DNA from: Candidatus Latescibacterota bacterium
GTDB lineage: Bacteria > Latescibacterota > UBA2968
Direction: 5' to 3'
Length of the DNA stretch: 64,000 nt
Assembly (NCBI GenBank): GCA_965204745.1
Contig: OZ242010.1
Coordinates: 4,000,001 to 4,064,000 of the forward strand
The position numbers were made by a program, and so were the translations under genes. The notes under the pieces were generated by a model. That model saw nothing but the letters and a program-made list of their open reading frames with translations, did no database searches and was not told the DNA's origin. Shown piece by piece: positions 9,983-19,687 of the stretch (position 1 is the first letter of the stretch; every line of letters begins with the position of its first letter).

Positions 9983-10369
9983 CAGTCGCTCCTTATCGGG
10001 ACCTACCCCCCTAGCCCCCCTTCCTGCGAGGAAGGGGGGAACGCGGATGGGTTTTGCGAGGGGATGGTGTGAGGGATTTTTAATCGCTTTATGCCCTCGG
10101 TCAATGCCATCAGATTAACCCTTGAGATAAGCCATCAAAGGAGCTTTACTCCCCTTTCCTCGTAGGAAAGGGGCCGGGGGATAGGTCACCTCGGTCAATG
10201 CCATCAGATTAACCCTTGATATGAGCCATCAAAGGAGCTTTACTCCCCTTTCCTCGTAGGCACAGGCGTAGCCTACAATGAGCGAAGCGAATAACGGGGC
10301 CGGGGGATAGGTCCCCTCGCAAAACGCCATCAGACAGCAAGCAACACTTGCTAATCTGTGCGTAACGTC
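9983..10369 (+). mobile_element. MITE-like palindromic repeat, copy A (internally duplicated, with nested 32-bp insert)
   Basis: Imperfect terminal inverted repeats GGGACCTACCCCCC / GGGGGATAGGTCCC; hairpins CCCCCCTTCCT-gcg-AGGAAGGGGGG and CCCCTTTCCT-cgt-AGGAAAGGGG. Homologous to copies at 19273, 24549 and 27748. Confidence 0.75.
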
Positions 10370-10370
10370 T

Positions 10371-11600
10371 TTGTTTTCCCAACCGCTGACCCCAAAAAAT
10401 AAGAGGTCTTTTTTGAACAATCCAATCTCTGAATGGAACCGGGACTTTCGGTTGCTGGCCCTGGCCGTTGCTTCGCAGGGGATATTTTTCGGCGTGCAAC
10501 TGACGTTGTTCAACAATTTTATTGTCGAACGCCTGAATATCGACGCCCACGAATTGGGGTACGTGGAATCCCTGCGCGAGGTGCCGGGGTTTATGAATGC
10601 GTTTTTTGTCGCGCTGATGGTGCGGTTCGCGCCGCCGATAGTCGCGGCGGTTTCCCTGATGATCATGGGCGCGGGCATTGCGGCATACGCACAGGTGGAT
10701 TCGGTTTTTGTGCTGGCCGCGTATTCGCTGGTGTGGAGTGTGGGTTTTCACTGCTGGATCCCGATGGAGCAGTCGATGGCCCTGGTCTTTTCGCCCGGGG
10801 GCAAGAAGGGGAAATGGTTGGGCCAGTTGCGAAGCGTGAACAGCATCGCTTGGTTGTTGTCCATTTTGATCTGCAAATTGGCCTACGATTTTGTCGGGTA
10901 CAACGGCCTGTTCGCCATGGCAGGCGCGGCGACAGTGGGCGGCGGGTTTGCGATTTTGTTCGCGTCTCGGCGCCGCCCGCCCCACGAGCGGAGTTTTGTG
11001 TTTAAGCGGCGATACGGCCTGTATTACGGGCTGAATTTTCTGCAAGGGCTTCGCAAGCAGATGTTCATTACGTTTGCGATTTTCGCACTGGTAAAAATTC
11101 ACGGCATGCCCGTGCATACGACGATGCTTTTGGTGTTGATAAACCAGACCTTGATCACGTTGACCGCGCCCACGATGGGCAAGTTGGTCGATCACTACGG
11201 CGAGCGCAAAATGTTGTCGTTCAGCTATGTAGGGCTGTCATTTGTGTTTTTGGGTTATGCTGTGGTGACGCACCGCCCAACGCTCTACGCGCTGTACTGC
11301 ATCGACAATCTCATCTTTTTTGGCGGGATCGCATTGACGACCTACCTCCACAAGATCGCGCCCGAATCGGATCTCAAACCCTCGCTCGCTATGGGCGTGA
11401 CCATGAACCATGTGGCCTCGGTTGCCGCGCCGCTCTTGGGCGGATTCGCCTGGCACTATTTCGGGTACCAAGTGATTTTCTTTTGCGGCGCGATCCTCGC
11501 CCTGATTTCCCTGATCGTCAGCCAACGGGTCGATCCCGAAGGTCAACTCCAACGCGAGCGAGACGCCCTGATAGATCGCGCAGTCGCGCAACAGACGTAA
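10371..11600 (+). CDS. MFS transporter
   Basis: About 12 hydrophobic segments; GKLVDHYGERKML loop motif. Exact start uncertain. Confidence 0.88.
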   Translation: MFSQPLTPKNKRSFLNNPISEWNRDFRLLALAVASQGIFFGVQLTLFNNFIVERLNIDAHELGYVESLREVPGFMNAFFVALMVRFAPPIVAAVSLMIMGAGIAAYAQVDSVFVLAAYSLVWSVGFHCWIPMEQSMALVFSPGGKKGKWLGQLRSVNSIAWLLSILICKLAYDFVGYNGLFAMAGAATVGGGFAILFASRRRPPHERSFVFKRRYGLYYGLNFLQGLRKQMFITFAIFALVKIHGMPVHTTMLLVLINQTLITLTAPTMGKLVDHYGERKMLSFSYVGLSFVFLGYAVVTHRPTLYALYCIDNLIFFGGIALTTYLHKIAPESDLKPSLAMGVTMNHVASVAAPLLGGFAWHYFGYQVIFFCGAILALISLIVSQRVDPEGQLQRERDALIDRAVAQQT

Positions 11601-11673
11601 GACGGGAGAGGTGAGACGGGAGAGGTGAGACGGGAGGCGTAAGACGTAAGACGTAAGACGTAAGACGTAAGAC
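11594..11673. repeat. Heptamer tandem array (GACGTAA/GACGGGA/GAGGTGA)
   Basis: About 11 consecutive 7-mers starting at the MFS stop codon. Confidence 0.9.
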
Positions 11674-11780
11674 CACCCCCCACTGGAAAGGCGAAAAAGA
11701 AAACCGCCATCTGCGTTTGTGCAGACAGCGGCGTTTCAATCTTTGTTCTCATGAAAGTAAAGCGCGAGGATTGCTTTTTT

Positions 11781-12071
11781 TTACGACCCGATTCCACGCA
11801 AAATCAGGCCAGCCAAAACGATAAACATCGTGACTTGGATGCCGATCACCCATCGCAACGTAGCCCGCAGGTCTTGAATTTCTGCCCGCATGTCTGCCCG
11901 CAGGTCGTCAATGCGGTTGTTCACGTCGTCAAAGCGATTGTTCACGTCGTCAATGCGTCTGTTCACGTCGTCAATGCGCCTGTTCACGTCGTCAACGCGC
12001 TTGTTCAGTTGCACCATTTCACCGCGTAACTCTGCGAGTCCAATGCGTTGATCCAATTCTTGATCTGCCAT
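11781..12071 (-). CDS. Small coiled-coil membrane-anchored protein (DUF1640/CCDC90-like)
   Basis: GGAG RBS; (RIDDVNR)n heptads encoded by 21-bp tandem repeats; C-terminal TM helix WVIGIQVTMFIVLAGLIL. Confidence 0.75.
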   Translation of the reverse strand: MADQELDQRIGLAELRGEMVQLNKRVDDVNRRIDDVNRRIDDVNNRFDDVNNRIDDLRADMRAEIQDLRATLRWVIGIQVTMFIVLAGLILRGIGS

Positions 12072-12274
12072 TTCAACTCCTTTGTTAAGCCTTTTCAAGG
12101 CCAGTGCGTTTTGCCAGTGACGCCAAAATATACCCAAATACAACGAGGTTGGCAACGGGGATTTTGTCATCTGACCACTTGGGGGCGGCAGGGTTATCTC
12201 ACCTCTCCCTTCTCACCTCTCACCGAAGGGCGTTGGGCGGGGCGGTCTCACCTCTCCCGTCTTACCTCTTACCG

Positions 12275-14704
12275 ATGATGTTCACCAACTACCTCACCAT
12301 AGCTCGTCGCAATTTGTGGGCGCACAAGCGAGACGCGCTGATCAATGTGCTCGGCCTGAGTGTGGGCATGGCGTGTTGCGTGATGGCGTCTCTCGTCGTG
12401 CACCGAGAGATGAGCTATGACCGATTTCATCCCAAAGCCGAGCGCGTCTATCGCGTTCTGCGGGAGCGGGTGAGCAATGAGCAGACGCAGGTGCGCTGGT
12501 TGACCTCTGGCGCCTTGGCGCGCACCCTCGAAGCGGAGATTCCCGAAGTTGAACGGGCGTCCAAAAACCGCATCTCTCCGGTTATGGCGCGCTATGGGGA
12601 GCGCGCCCTGACCCTTGCCCAAGGTCAGGTTGACGCGCAGTTTTTCGACCTGTTCCACTTTCCGTTTGCAAGGGGCAATGCCGAAGCCCTCGCGCAACCG
12701 TATCGCATCGGGATTACGCAAGCCGCAGCAACGCGGTTATTCGGCGCGGACGATCCCATGGGCGAGGTCATCGCGGTTCGAGATCGGTACTACGGCGGGG
12801 ATTATACGGTCGCCGCGGTCCTGCAAACCCCGCCACAAACTTCGTCCATCCCATTCGATCTGTTGCACATGACCCTTGGACGCAATGAGTTAGCCCAATT
12901 CGACTGGACGGAGTGGCAAGGCCTGGTGCAACAAGCCGGGATCGAGACCTTTGTGTTGTTGCGAGACGGGGTTCAGGCGCGGGAACTCGAAGGCAAACTC
13001 TCGGGCATCATCGCCCGACACATGGGCGCGGAGGTGCGCCAAATTCTCGCGTATCGCTTGCAACCGCTCACCCGGTTGCACTTGTATGGGCGTCAGGATT
13101 ATCGGCTGGATTCGGCCGGGGATATTCGCACCCTGTACCTCTTGGGGGCCATTGCCGCGCTCGTGCTTGCGATTGCCGCGATCAATTTCGTCAACCTCGC
13201 CACCGCACGCTCGATGAATCGCGCCCGCGAAGTGGGGATGCGAAAAGTGGTCGGCGCGCAACGCGGTTCACTCATCTTGCAACTGCTCTGCGAGACCGTC
13301 GTGCTCGCGGTTCTCGCGCTGATCATCGCGGTGCCATTGGCGCGTATTGGGTTGATGGAATTGGGTCATCTGACGGGCGGGCAGGAACACTTGAGCGTGC
13401 GAACCCCGATTGACCTGTTGCCCGACCTGATCGCTTTCGCACTCGCCGTGGGCATTGCCGCGGGGATATACCCTGCGGTTTATTTGTCGGCCTCGTCCCC
13501 GGTCGACGCGCTCAAGGGCATCGCGCACAGGTCGGGCGCACGCCTGCGGCAGGTGCTCATCGTCGCGCAATTTGCCATTGCAATTCTGCTCATGGTGATG
13601 ACGGACGTGGTCTATCGACAACTCGACTACATCCAGCGCAAAGACCTCGGTTTTGAGAAAGAACACTTGGTTTTGCTACCCATTTTTCGGATGGATCGCG
13701 ATTCCAAGACCAACCGCGATCCGTGGCTGGCAGCGGATTATCAGACTGTAAAGCAGGCGTTTTTACAACACGCGCAAGTCGTTGCCGCATCTGCTTTCCG
13801 GTTCTTGCCCGGGCGCGAGGGCGGCGGTTTTGTGCGAATTGTCAAGCCCGAGGGCCACGACCAGACCGAATGGCGAATGCCGGTGCAAGAGGCCGATGAA
13901 GATTTCTTTGCGACCCTCGGCGTGCCCCTGCTGGCAGGCCGCACGTTCTCGGCCGAGAGTGAACGTGACCGCACGCACGCGTACATCCTCAATGAGACCG
14001 CTGTGCGCGCGCTCGGTTGGGCCGTGCGAGACGCTGTGGGAAGGCGATTTGGCCGGGCGCGGTCAGAGGACGATGCCAAAGGTACGGTCATCGGCGTCGT
14101 TGCGGATTTTCACTACGCCTCCCTACGCGAGCGCGTTTTACCGGCCGCATTTGCGTACCGCCAGTGGTTTTACAATTATCTGGCGTTGCGCGTGCGCGAT
14201 TTTCCAACTGTGCGGCCCTTTCTCGAACAGACATGGGACGCATTGATGCCACCCGATCTGCCGTTCACGGTTTCATTTTTGGATCGAGAACTCGATGCGA
14301 TTTACACATCCGAAAGGAACCTGGGGCAAACCGTCGCAGTCTTTGCAGGACTCGCTGTGTTGCTCGCGTGTTTGGGCTTGTTCGGGCTCGCGGCTTTTAC
14401 AGCGGAACGCCGCACGCGCGAAATCGGCATCCGCAAGGTGCTCGGCGCGTCTGTTGCGAGCATCGTGTTGCTGTTGTCCAAAGCCTTTCTAAAACTCGTG
14501 CTCGTCGCCAATCTCATCGCTTGGCCCGTCGCCTATTATCTGTCCCACCTCTATTTGCAGAACTTCGCGTATCGCACCCCCCTCAGCGCGTGGCCCTTTG
14601 TTCTGTCCGGCCTGCTCGCCCTGGTCGTCGCCCTGCTCACCGTTGGCACACACGCCTTCACCGCGGCTCGCATCAACCCAGTCGAAATCCTGCGGAGTGA
14701 ATAG
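12275..14704 (+). CDS. ABC transporter permease, MacB/FtsX family (duplicated)
   Basis: NYLTIARRNL, INFVNLATARS..RAREVGMRKVVGA, AERRTREIGIRKVLGAS, NPVEILRSE. Confidence 0.93.
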   Translation: MMFTNYLTIARRNLWAHKRDALINVLGLSVGMACCVMASLVVHREMSYDRFHPKAERVYRVLRERVSNEQTQVRWLTSGALARTLEAEIPEVERASKNRISPVMARYGERALTLAQGQVDAQFFDLFHFPFARGNAEALAQPYRIGITQAAATRLFGADDPMGEVIAVRDRYYGGDYTVAAVLQTPPQTSSIPFDLLHMTLGRNELAQFDWTEWQGLVQQAGIETFVLLRDGVQARELEGKLSGIIARHMGAEVRQILAYRLQPLTRLHLYGRQDYRLDSAGDIRTLYLLGAIAALVLAIAAINFVNLATARSMNRAREVGMRKVVGAQRGSLILQLLCETVVLAVLALIIAVPLARIGLMELGHLTGGQEHLSVRTPIDLLPDLIAFALAVGIAAGIYPAVYLSASSPVDALKGIAHRSGARLRQVLIVAQFAIAILLMVMTDVVYRQLDYIQRKDLGFEKEHLVLLPIFRMDRDSKTNRDPWLAADYQTVKQAFLQHAQVVAASAFRFLPGREGGGFVRIVKPEGHDQTEWRMPVQEADEDFFATLGVPLLAGRTFSAESERDRTHAYILNETAVRALGWAVRDAVGRRFGRARSEDDAKGTVIGVVADFHYASLRERVLPAAFAYRQWFYNYLALRVRDFPTVRPFLEQTWDALMPPDLPFTVSFLDRELDAIYTSERNLGQTVAVFAGLAVLLACLGLFGLAAFTAERRTREIGIRKVLGASVASIVLLLSKAFLKLVLVANLIAWPVAYYLSHLYLQNFAYRTPLSAWPFVLSGLLALVVALLTVGTHAFTAARINPVEILRSE

Positions 14705-14844
14705 GCTGACTCGCGCAGAAAAAAAATAAATAAAACCCCCGAGACCATGTTCACGGTTCCGCGATCCTCCTTTTATCCATGTTCATCCGTCCAAAGCCAT
14801 GTGGGGCTTCGCCTATCGGGTTTGGAAAAAAAATGCGTGCAAAA

Positions 14845-14872
14845 AAGTAGTATAAGATGTATTATGTCAACT
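14845..14872 (+). other. dif-like XerC/XerD recombination site
   Basis: AAGTAGTATAA-GATGTA-TTATGTCAACT has the 11-6-11 layout. The right arm resembles the XerD arm of E. coli dif (TTATGTTAAAT) and the left arm ends in ATAA. Confidence 0.65.
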
Positions 14873-14927
14873 CGCGCTTAAAAACGCATGGTTATCACGC
14901 GAATCGTCTCCATCCTCATCATAGCGT

Positions 14928-15512
14928 TCATCGCAACCCCAGAGCTTTTTGATGGAGCAAATCCGAGAGGCGTTGGTTTTCCTCGCGGAGTCTTTTGATG
15001 GTTTCCGCCCTTCTCTGTGCGGTCATTTGCATCTCGTCGCGTTCTCGGCGCAACCAATTTGCGTCTTGTTGTGCGCGTTTCTCGTTTTCTCGCGCCACGC
15101 GCAGTTCTTCTCGCGTTTTTTCGAGTTCTGCTTGAAATGCCCGCGCTTCTGTCCATCCGGACGCGGATGATGCCTCTAATTGTGCATTGCGTTCATTCAG
15201 ATTGTGAATTTCCGCTCTCAGTTCTTTTTCCCTCGTTTCGAGCACCGCCAATTTGCCCAATTTTTGTTGCTGGTTTTCAAATTCGGATTTTTCAACGAGG
15301 ATTTGATTGGGTTCATGGCGCGTTTCCACGTCATTTTGATCCAGCGATTTTCCAAATTTTTTCCGAAATAATTCCGAAATGTCTTCATGTGGAATGCGCC
15401 AGGTACCATTCCACATTTCGGCCTTCACAAAATCCCTATTGATATAGTTTCTTATCGTCTTATCCGTCACTTGAAGGATTTTGGCGGCTTCGAGAATGCT
15501 GTAATTTTCCAT
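14928..15512 (-). CDS. Excisionase/MerR-like helix-turn-helix protein with long coiled coil
   Basis: YSILEAAKILQVTDKTIRNYI...GTWRIP HTH and wing; C-terminal E/K/R/Q-rich heptads; AGGGGG RBS. Confidence 0.8.
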   Translation of the reverse strand: MENYSILEAAKILQVTDKTIRNYINRDFVKAEMWNGTWRIPHEDISELFRKKFGKSLDQNDVETRHEPNQILVEKSEFENQQQKLGKLAVLETREKELRAEIHNLNERNAQLEASSASGWTEARAFQAELEKTREELRVARENEKRAQQDANWLRRERDEMQMTAQRRAETIKRLREENQRLSDLLHQKALGLR

Positions 15513-15528
15513 TGTTCCCCCTTTGAAA

Positions 15529-15582
15529 AATTCCGTATTATTTCCATATAATTTCTATAAATTTAGAACAATAATTCCATAA
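15529..15582. promoter_or_regulatory. Helically phased direct repeats upstream of the HTH gene (possible operator)
   Basis: AATTCCGTAT (15529), ATTTCCATAT (15540), ATTTCTATAA (15551) and AATTCCATAA (15573) fall on an 11-bp register in an AT-rich divergent promoter region. Confidence 0.45.
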
Positions 15583-15699
15583 GGTCAAGAAAAATAAAAT
15601 AGAATGAGAGCGATTTTTTGTTATTTTTACAACAATCAGCGCACGGGCGCGATTTCTGCACTTCAAAATCACAACCCCGAAAAAAAGAGGAGGGCGGAT

Positions 15700-16782
15700 T
15701 TGGAAAACCTGAAACGAACCCCGTTATACGAAATCCACCGAAAAGCCAATGCCCGACTGATCGATTTTGGCGGCTGGGAAATGCCAGTGCAATACGCGGG
15801 CATTGTCGCCGAGCATCGCGCAGTCCGATCACAGGCGGGCTTGTTCGACGTCTCGCACATGGGCGAATTTGAGTTTCGAGGCGCGGGCGCCCGTGCGTTG
15901 GTGCAATTTTTGACGACCAATGACATCGACCGCTTGGGCATTGGGCGCGGGCAATATTCGCTCTTTCTCAATGAAAATGGCGGCGCGGTTGACGACATCA
16001 TCGTCTACCGCTTGGGCAAAACGACCTACCTGATCGTGGTCAATGCCGCGAATGTCGATAAAGACTGGGCACATGTCCAAGCGGTTGCCCAATCATTCGA
16101 CCGCGTTCAAGTGACAAATCGCAGCGAAGAATTTGCCCTGCTCGCGCTTCAAGGCCCCAAAGCAGAGGCCGTTCTCGTGCCTATCGCAAATCGCGACCTC
16201 TCTGCTATCGGCTTTTTTCGCATTCGCAAAGCCGAACTCGCGGGCATCCCGGTTCACATTGCCCGCACCGGATACACGGGCGAAGGCATGAATGGCTTTG
16301 AAATTTTCACCCGCCCCGAAGATGCGACGGCAATCTGGAACGCGCTCATCGCATCGCCTAATGTATCGCCTGCGGGATTGGGGGCGCGCGATACCCTCCG
16401 CATCGAAGCCTCGCTTCCCCTCTACGGGCACGAACTCGACGAGGCAACCACGCCCTTAGAAGCAGGATTGGAGATGTTCGTCTCGCCGAGCGGCAACTTC
16501 TTGGGCGCAGACGCACTCGATCAGCATGGCCTGACCAAAACCCTTGTGATGCTCGAAATGATCGACCGCGGCATCCCGCGCCAGGGCTACGACATCCTGA
16601 ACACGCGGGGAAGTGCGATAGGCAACGTCACCAGCGGCACCATCGCGCCCCACATTCAAAAAAACGTGGCCATGGGCTACGTTCCACCCGATTATGCAAA
16701 AATAGGCACGGAACTCGCCATCGCAATCCGCAACCGCGCCCTCAAAGCGCGAGTCGTTCCCAAGCCATTTTTTAAGCGATAG
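15700..16782 (+). CDS. gcvT: Glycine cleavage system aminomethyltransferase T
   Basis: LKRTPLY, FGGWEMPVQY, GLFDVSHMGE, ARTGYTGE, GLGARDTLRIEA; TTG start after GAGGAGG. Confidence 0.95.
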   Translation: MENLKRTPLYEIHRKANARLIDFGGWEMPVQYAGIVAEHRAVRSQAGLFDVSHMGEFEFRGAGARALVQFLTTNDIDRLGIGRGQYSLFLNENGGAVDDIIVYRLGKTTYLIVVNAANVDKDWAHVQAVAQSFDRVQVTNRSEEFALLALQGPKAEAVLVPIANRDLSAIGFFRIRKAELAGIPVHIARTGYTGEGMNGFEIFTRPEDATAIWNALIASPNVSPAGLGARDTLRIEASLPLYGHELDEATTPLEAGLEMFVSPSGNFLGADALDQHGLTKTLVMLEMIDRGIPRQGYDILNTRGSAIGNVTSGTIAPHIQKNVAMGYVPPDYAKIGTELAIAIRNRALKARVVPKPFFKR

Positions 16783-16792
16783 ATCAAGAGGG

Positions 16793-17187
16793 GAGCCACA
16801 AAAGGCACGAGCGGGGTACAATTGGCGACAAGCAGTATGTGGTGGGCGAGACGCTAGTGAGAGCCACAAAAGGCACAAAAGGCACAAAGGGCACGAGCGG
16901 ATACAACTGGCGATAGCCAGTTCAAGGGCACAACAAGAGGGGAGCCACAAAAGGCACAAATGGCACAAAGGGCACGAGCGGATACAACTGGCGACAGCGA
17001 AAAAAAAGAGGCAGGTCATAGCCCTACCTCGGCATTGTTGCAATGGCTTCTCTGACACAGGGACACCGCCCCTACATCTTGTATCTTTGGGCGAGCACGG
17101 GGGCATCGCCCCTACACATATCGCTCACCTTTTGTGTCTTTTGTGCTTTTGAACTGGCTATCGCCAGTTGTACCCCGCTCGTGGCTA
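16793..17187. repeat. Composite repeat: (AAAAGGCAC)n 9-mers, four copies of a 30-bp micro-element, and GTAG-type REP-like palindromes
   Basis: gccacaaaaggcacaaaaggcac arrays; GAGCGG(G)GTACAACTGGCGATAGCCAGTTC at 16809, 16895, 16976 and inverted at 17151-17180; gggcgagcacgggggcatcgcccctac near 17088-17115. Confidence 0.8.
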
Positions 17188-17225
17188 AAATCCCATCTTC
17201 CTTCTCCCGTCTGCCCTCTTCCGTC

Positions 17226-17906
17226 TTAAAGCACTTTGCGCGCCGCACAGACGATTGCATCTACGGCACCGTCAACGCTGAGCAAGCCGGTGTTGACCAT
17301 GAGGTGGTACAGGTTTGGGTCGTTCCATTCCACCTTGTAGTGGCGTTTGATGTACGTTTTGCGGCGGTCATCCACCTCGCGCATGCGCCGTATCGCGTCC
17401 TCGTCTCGGGTCAAGTGATCGCGCGCTTTTACCACATCCAACTTAAAATTTTGCGTGCCCACCACGCGCACATGCAACGTATCCATCCGCCCGCCCAATA
17501 CGGCCTGCCCGCCTCTGCCGAGCAAAACCACATCGCCTTGATCCGCCAACTGCTCGGCCACCTCTGCGGTCAATTTCGCATAGACCTCTTCATCCATTGT
17601 CGTCAGTGCCTGATCCTTGTGCTCCGACAATTCGGGCACAGTGGCCGTTGCCCACCACTCGTATTCCGACAAGCCGGTCAATGTATCTGCATATCCGGGA
17701 GTGAGGAATTTACGCAAAATTCGCAACGCGGGGTGTTCGGGTTGTTCGTCATAGCGCTCGACTTCTGATACGGGCACTTTGGCTTTTCGCGCCACCTCGA
17801 CGAGCAATTCCTTGTCGATGTTGTGATAAGACAGTGCCTCGGCAACGCGCCTTGCAACCGTGCGTCCGTCACTGCCGTATTCCCGTGAAATGGTGATAAC
17901 GCCCAT
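17226..17906 (-). CDS. Cytidylate kinase-like family protein
   Basis: VITISREYGSDG P-loop variant, VLLGRGG, DDRRKTYIKRHY, YHLMVNT. Confidence 0.88.
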   Translation of the reverse strand: MGVITISREYGSDGRTVARRVAEALSYHNIDKELLVEVARKAKVPVSEVERYDEQPEHPALRILRKFLTPGYADTLTGLSEYEWWATATVPELSEHKDQALTTMDEEVYAKLTAEVAEQLADQGDVVLLGRGGQAVLGGRMDTLHVRVVGTQNFKLDVVKARDHLTRDEDAIRRMREVDDRRKTYIKRHYKVEWNDPNLYHLMVNTGLLSVDGAVDAIVCAARKVL

Positions 17907-18030
17907 GATAAGCCTCCTTTCTGAGAGATAGCGATCAGCTATCGGCTTTCAGCGGTTAGCTCCGCCCGTCAGTTGTCGGTTGTCAGTTGTCAGTCCCCGC
18001 CGTTCCGCCCCTAAAGGCGTTTTTTTTCCG

Positions 18031-19218
18031 CTAACTACTGATCGCTTCCTTCAATCGCTTTGCTATGGGTTGGATCATATCGTCTGACAGGCACACGGGA
18101 TTGAAGATCAAGACGCCGTCGTAGATGCGCGATGTGCTGACGTGGATACTCGGGTCGCCTGCCATCAGTTGACGCGCCAAATCCACTCCTTTTTCCGCTT
18201 GTGCGAGCGCGAGGTGCAGGACGGGGATGGCGCGATGGGGGTCGATGCGGATATCGCAGTTCGGCAAATCGCGGATGGCGTCCGCCAAATTCTCCAAGCA
18301 TTGCAACCAGCGGGCGTGCCGGGTCTCGTCGCTTTCCGCAACGAAGTTTTGCAACGCGACCATCAGGCCCGCGATCTGCTCTTTCCCCACTTTGCACGGG
18401 CGCCCAATCCCGTGTTGCGGCGCGCCCGGCAAGATGTCTTTGTAGATCAGCGAGCGCGGGGGCGTCCACAGGTCAAAATGCACATCCATGTCTAAGTGTT
18501 GCAATGCCGTTGCGGTAATCAACTCGTAGCGACCGCACAAAATGCCCGTGCCTTGAGGCCCGCCAATGGCTTTCCCACCGCTAAAACACACCGCAGCGGC
18601 GCCCTCGCGGATAAACCGCTTCAAATTCGCCGCGGGGGGCAACTGACCTGCGGCATCGACAATGACCGGGATGCCGCGGCTCTGTGCCACTTCAATCACC
18701 TGTGGCAAAGGCGGTTGGGCGAAAGATTGCGCGACATAGACTATCGCCGCGGTCTGACTGGTGATCGCATCGGCGATTTCCCACGCCTCTGTATCGCGCA
18801 CGCCCGCGCCGCTGAACCGATCCGGAATACCCACTTCCACGAGTGTAACGCCCACCGAGCGCACCGCGTGATCGTAAAAATTGCGATGTGACCGCGGTAT
18901 GATCACCTCATTTTTCATCCCAGAGGTATCGGGCAACCGGTTCATCCTGCCCGGATCCAAGTCCGTAAGACAGGCCGCTGTTGCCAGCATCAATCCCGCC
19001 GCAGCACCCGATGTCACGTACCCGCCCTCGGCCCCTGTGATGTCGGCGATCAACTGACCTGCCGTGGCCTGCATCTGTGCAATATCCACGCAGACCTGCG
19101 CGGCTTCGCGCATGGCGTCGATCACCTCCGCGTCCATGCGCGCACCGCTCAAGCGCGTGACCGGCCCCGCGGCATTGATAATGGGCCACACGCCCAGTTG
19201 TTCGAGAATAGACGCCAT
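18031..19218 (-). CDS. SelA-like PLP-dependent enzyme (DgaE/SelA-related)
   Basis: IINAAGPVTRLSG, VTSGAAAG, VIVDAA, FSGGKAIGGPQGTG (PLP lysine), GIGRPCKVGKE. Confidence 0.85.
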   Translation of the reverse strand: MASILEQLGVWPIINAAGPVTRLSGARMDAEVIDAMREAAQVCVDIAQMQATAGQLIADITGAEGGYVTSGAAAGLMLATAACLTDLDPGRMNRLPDTSGMKNEVIIPRSHRNFYDHAVRSVGVTLVEVGIPDRFSGAGVRDTEAWEIADAITSQTAAIVYVAQSFAQPPLPQVIEVAQSRGIPVIVDAAGQLPPAANLKRFIREGAAAVCFSGGKAIGGPQGTGILCGRYELITATALQHLDMDVHFDLWTPPRSLIYKDILPGAPQHGIGRPCKVGKEQIAGLMVALQNFVAESDETRHARWLQCLENLADAIRDLPNCDIRIDPHRAIPVLHLALAQAEKGVDLARQLMAGDPSIHVSTSRIYDGVLIFNPVCLSDDMIQPIAKRLKEAISS

Positions 19219-19272
19219 GTTGTCTCCTAAAAAAATCCACTAATGGACTGACGACTGACTATGTTGTGTTGC

Positions 19273-19470
19273 GCGAGGGGACCTATCCCCCGGCCCCTTT
19301 CCTACGAGGAAAGGGGAGTAAAGCTCCTTTGATGGCTTCTCGCTCTGGTTGCTCTGATGGCGTTTTGCGAGGGCATAAAGCGATTAAATATCCCTCACCC
19401 CATTCCCTCGCAAAACCGCTCGCCATTCCCCCCTTCCTTGTAGGAAGGGGGGCCAGGGGGGTAGGTCCCG
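19273..19470 (-). mobile_element. MITE-like palindromic repeat, copy C (inverted)
   Basis: GGGGACCTATCCCCCGG...GGGGGGTAGGTCCC with both hairpins; followed by a heptamer array to about 19531. Confidence 0.75.
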
Positions 19471-19687
19471 TCTTACCTCTTACCGAAGGGCGGTTGTGCG
19501 GGGTTGCCTCACCTCTCCCGTCTCACCTCTCCCCGAAGGGGGTTGGGCGGGGCGGAAACTGAATATCATCCTCCCCATGTCCCCTGTCAAGCAGAACCGC
19601 CTATCGCAAATCCCTTGTTCGGATAAGTGTAATTTTTTACCTTGTGCTGTCCCAACCGATATTTGACATTGACCCAAGAGGTGAGGT

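Noticed and set aside
16793-17000. Three similar 40-60 bp units resembling a CRISPR array
   Set aside because: Unit lengths vary, the spacers are partly repeat-derived, an inverted copy lies nearby and there are no cas genes. A micro-element in 9-mer arrays explains it better.
17077-17087. TCTTGTATCTT matching the IS110 donor end
   Set aside because: Only 11 nt with no further similarity, so it cannot be distinguished from chance or a heptamer variant.
18031-19218. Selenocysteine synthase selA and a Sec system
   Set aside because: It is a short SelA-like/DgaE-type protein, and no selB, selD or tRNA-Sec is visible nearby.
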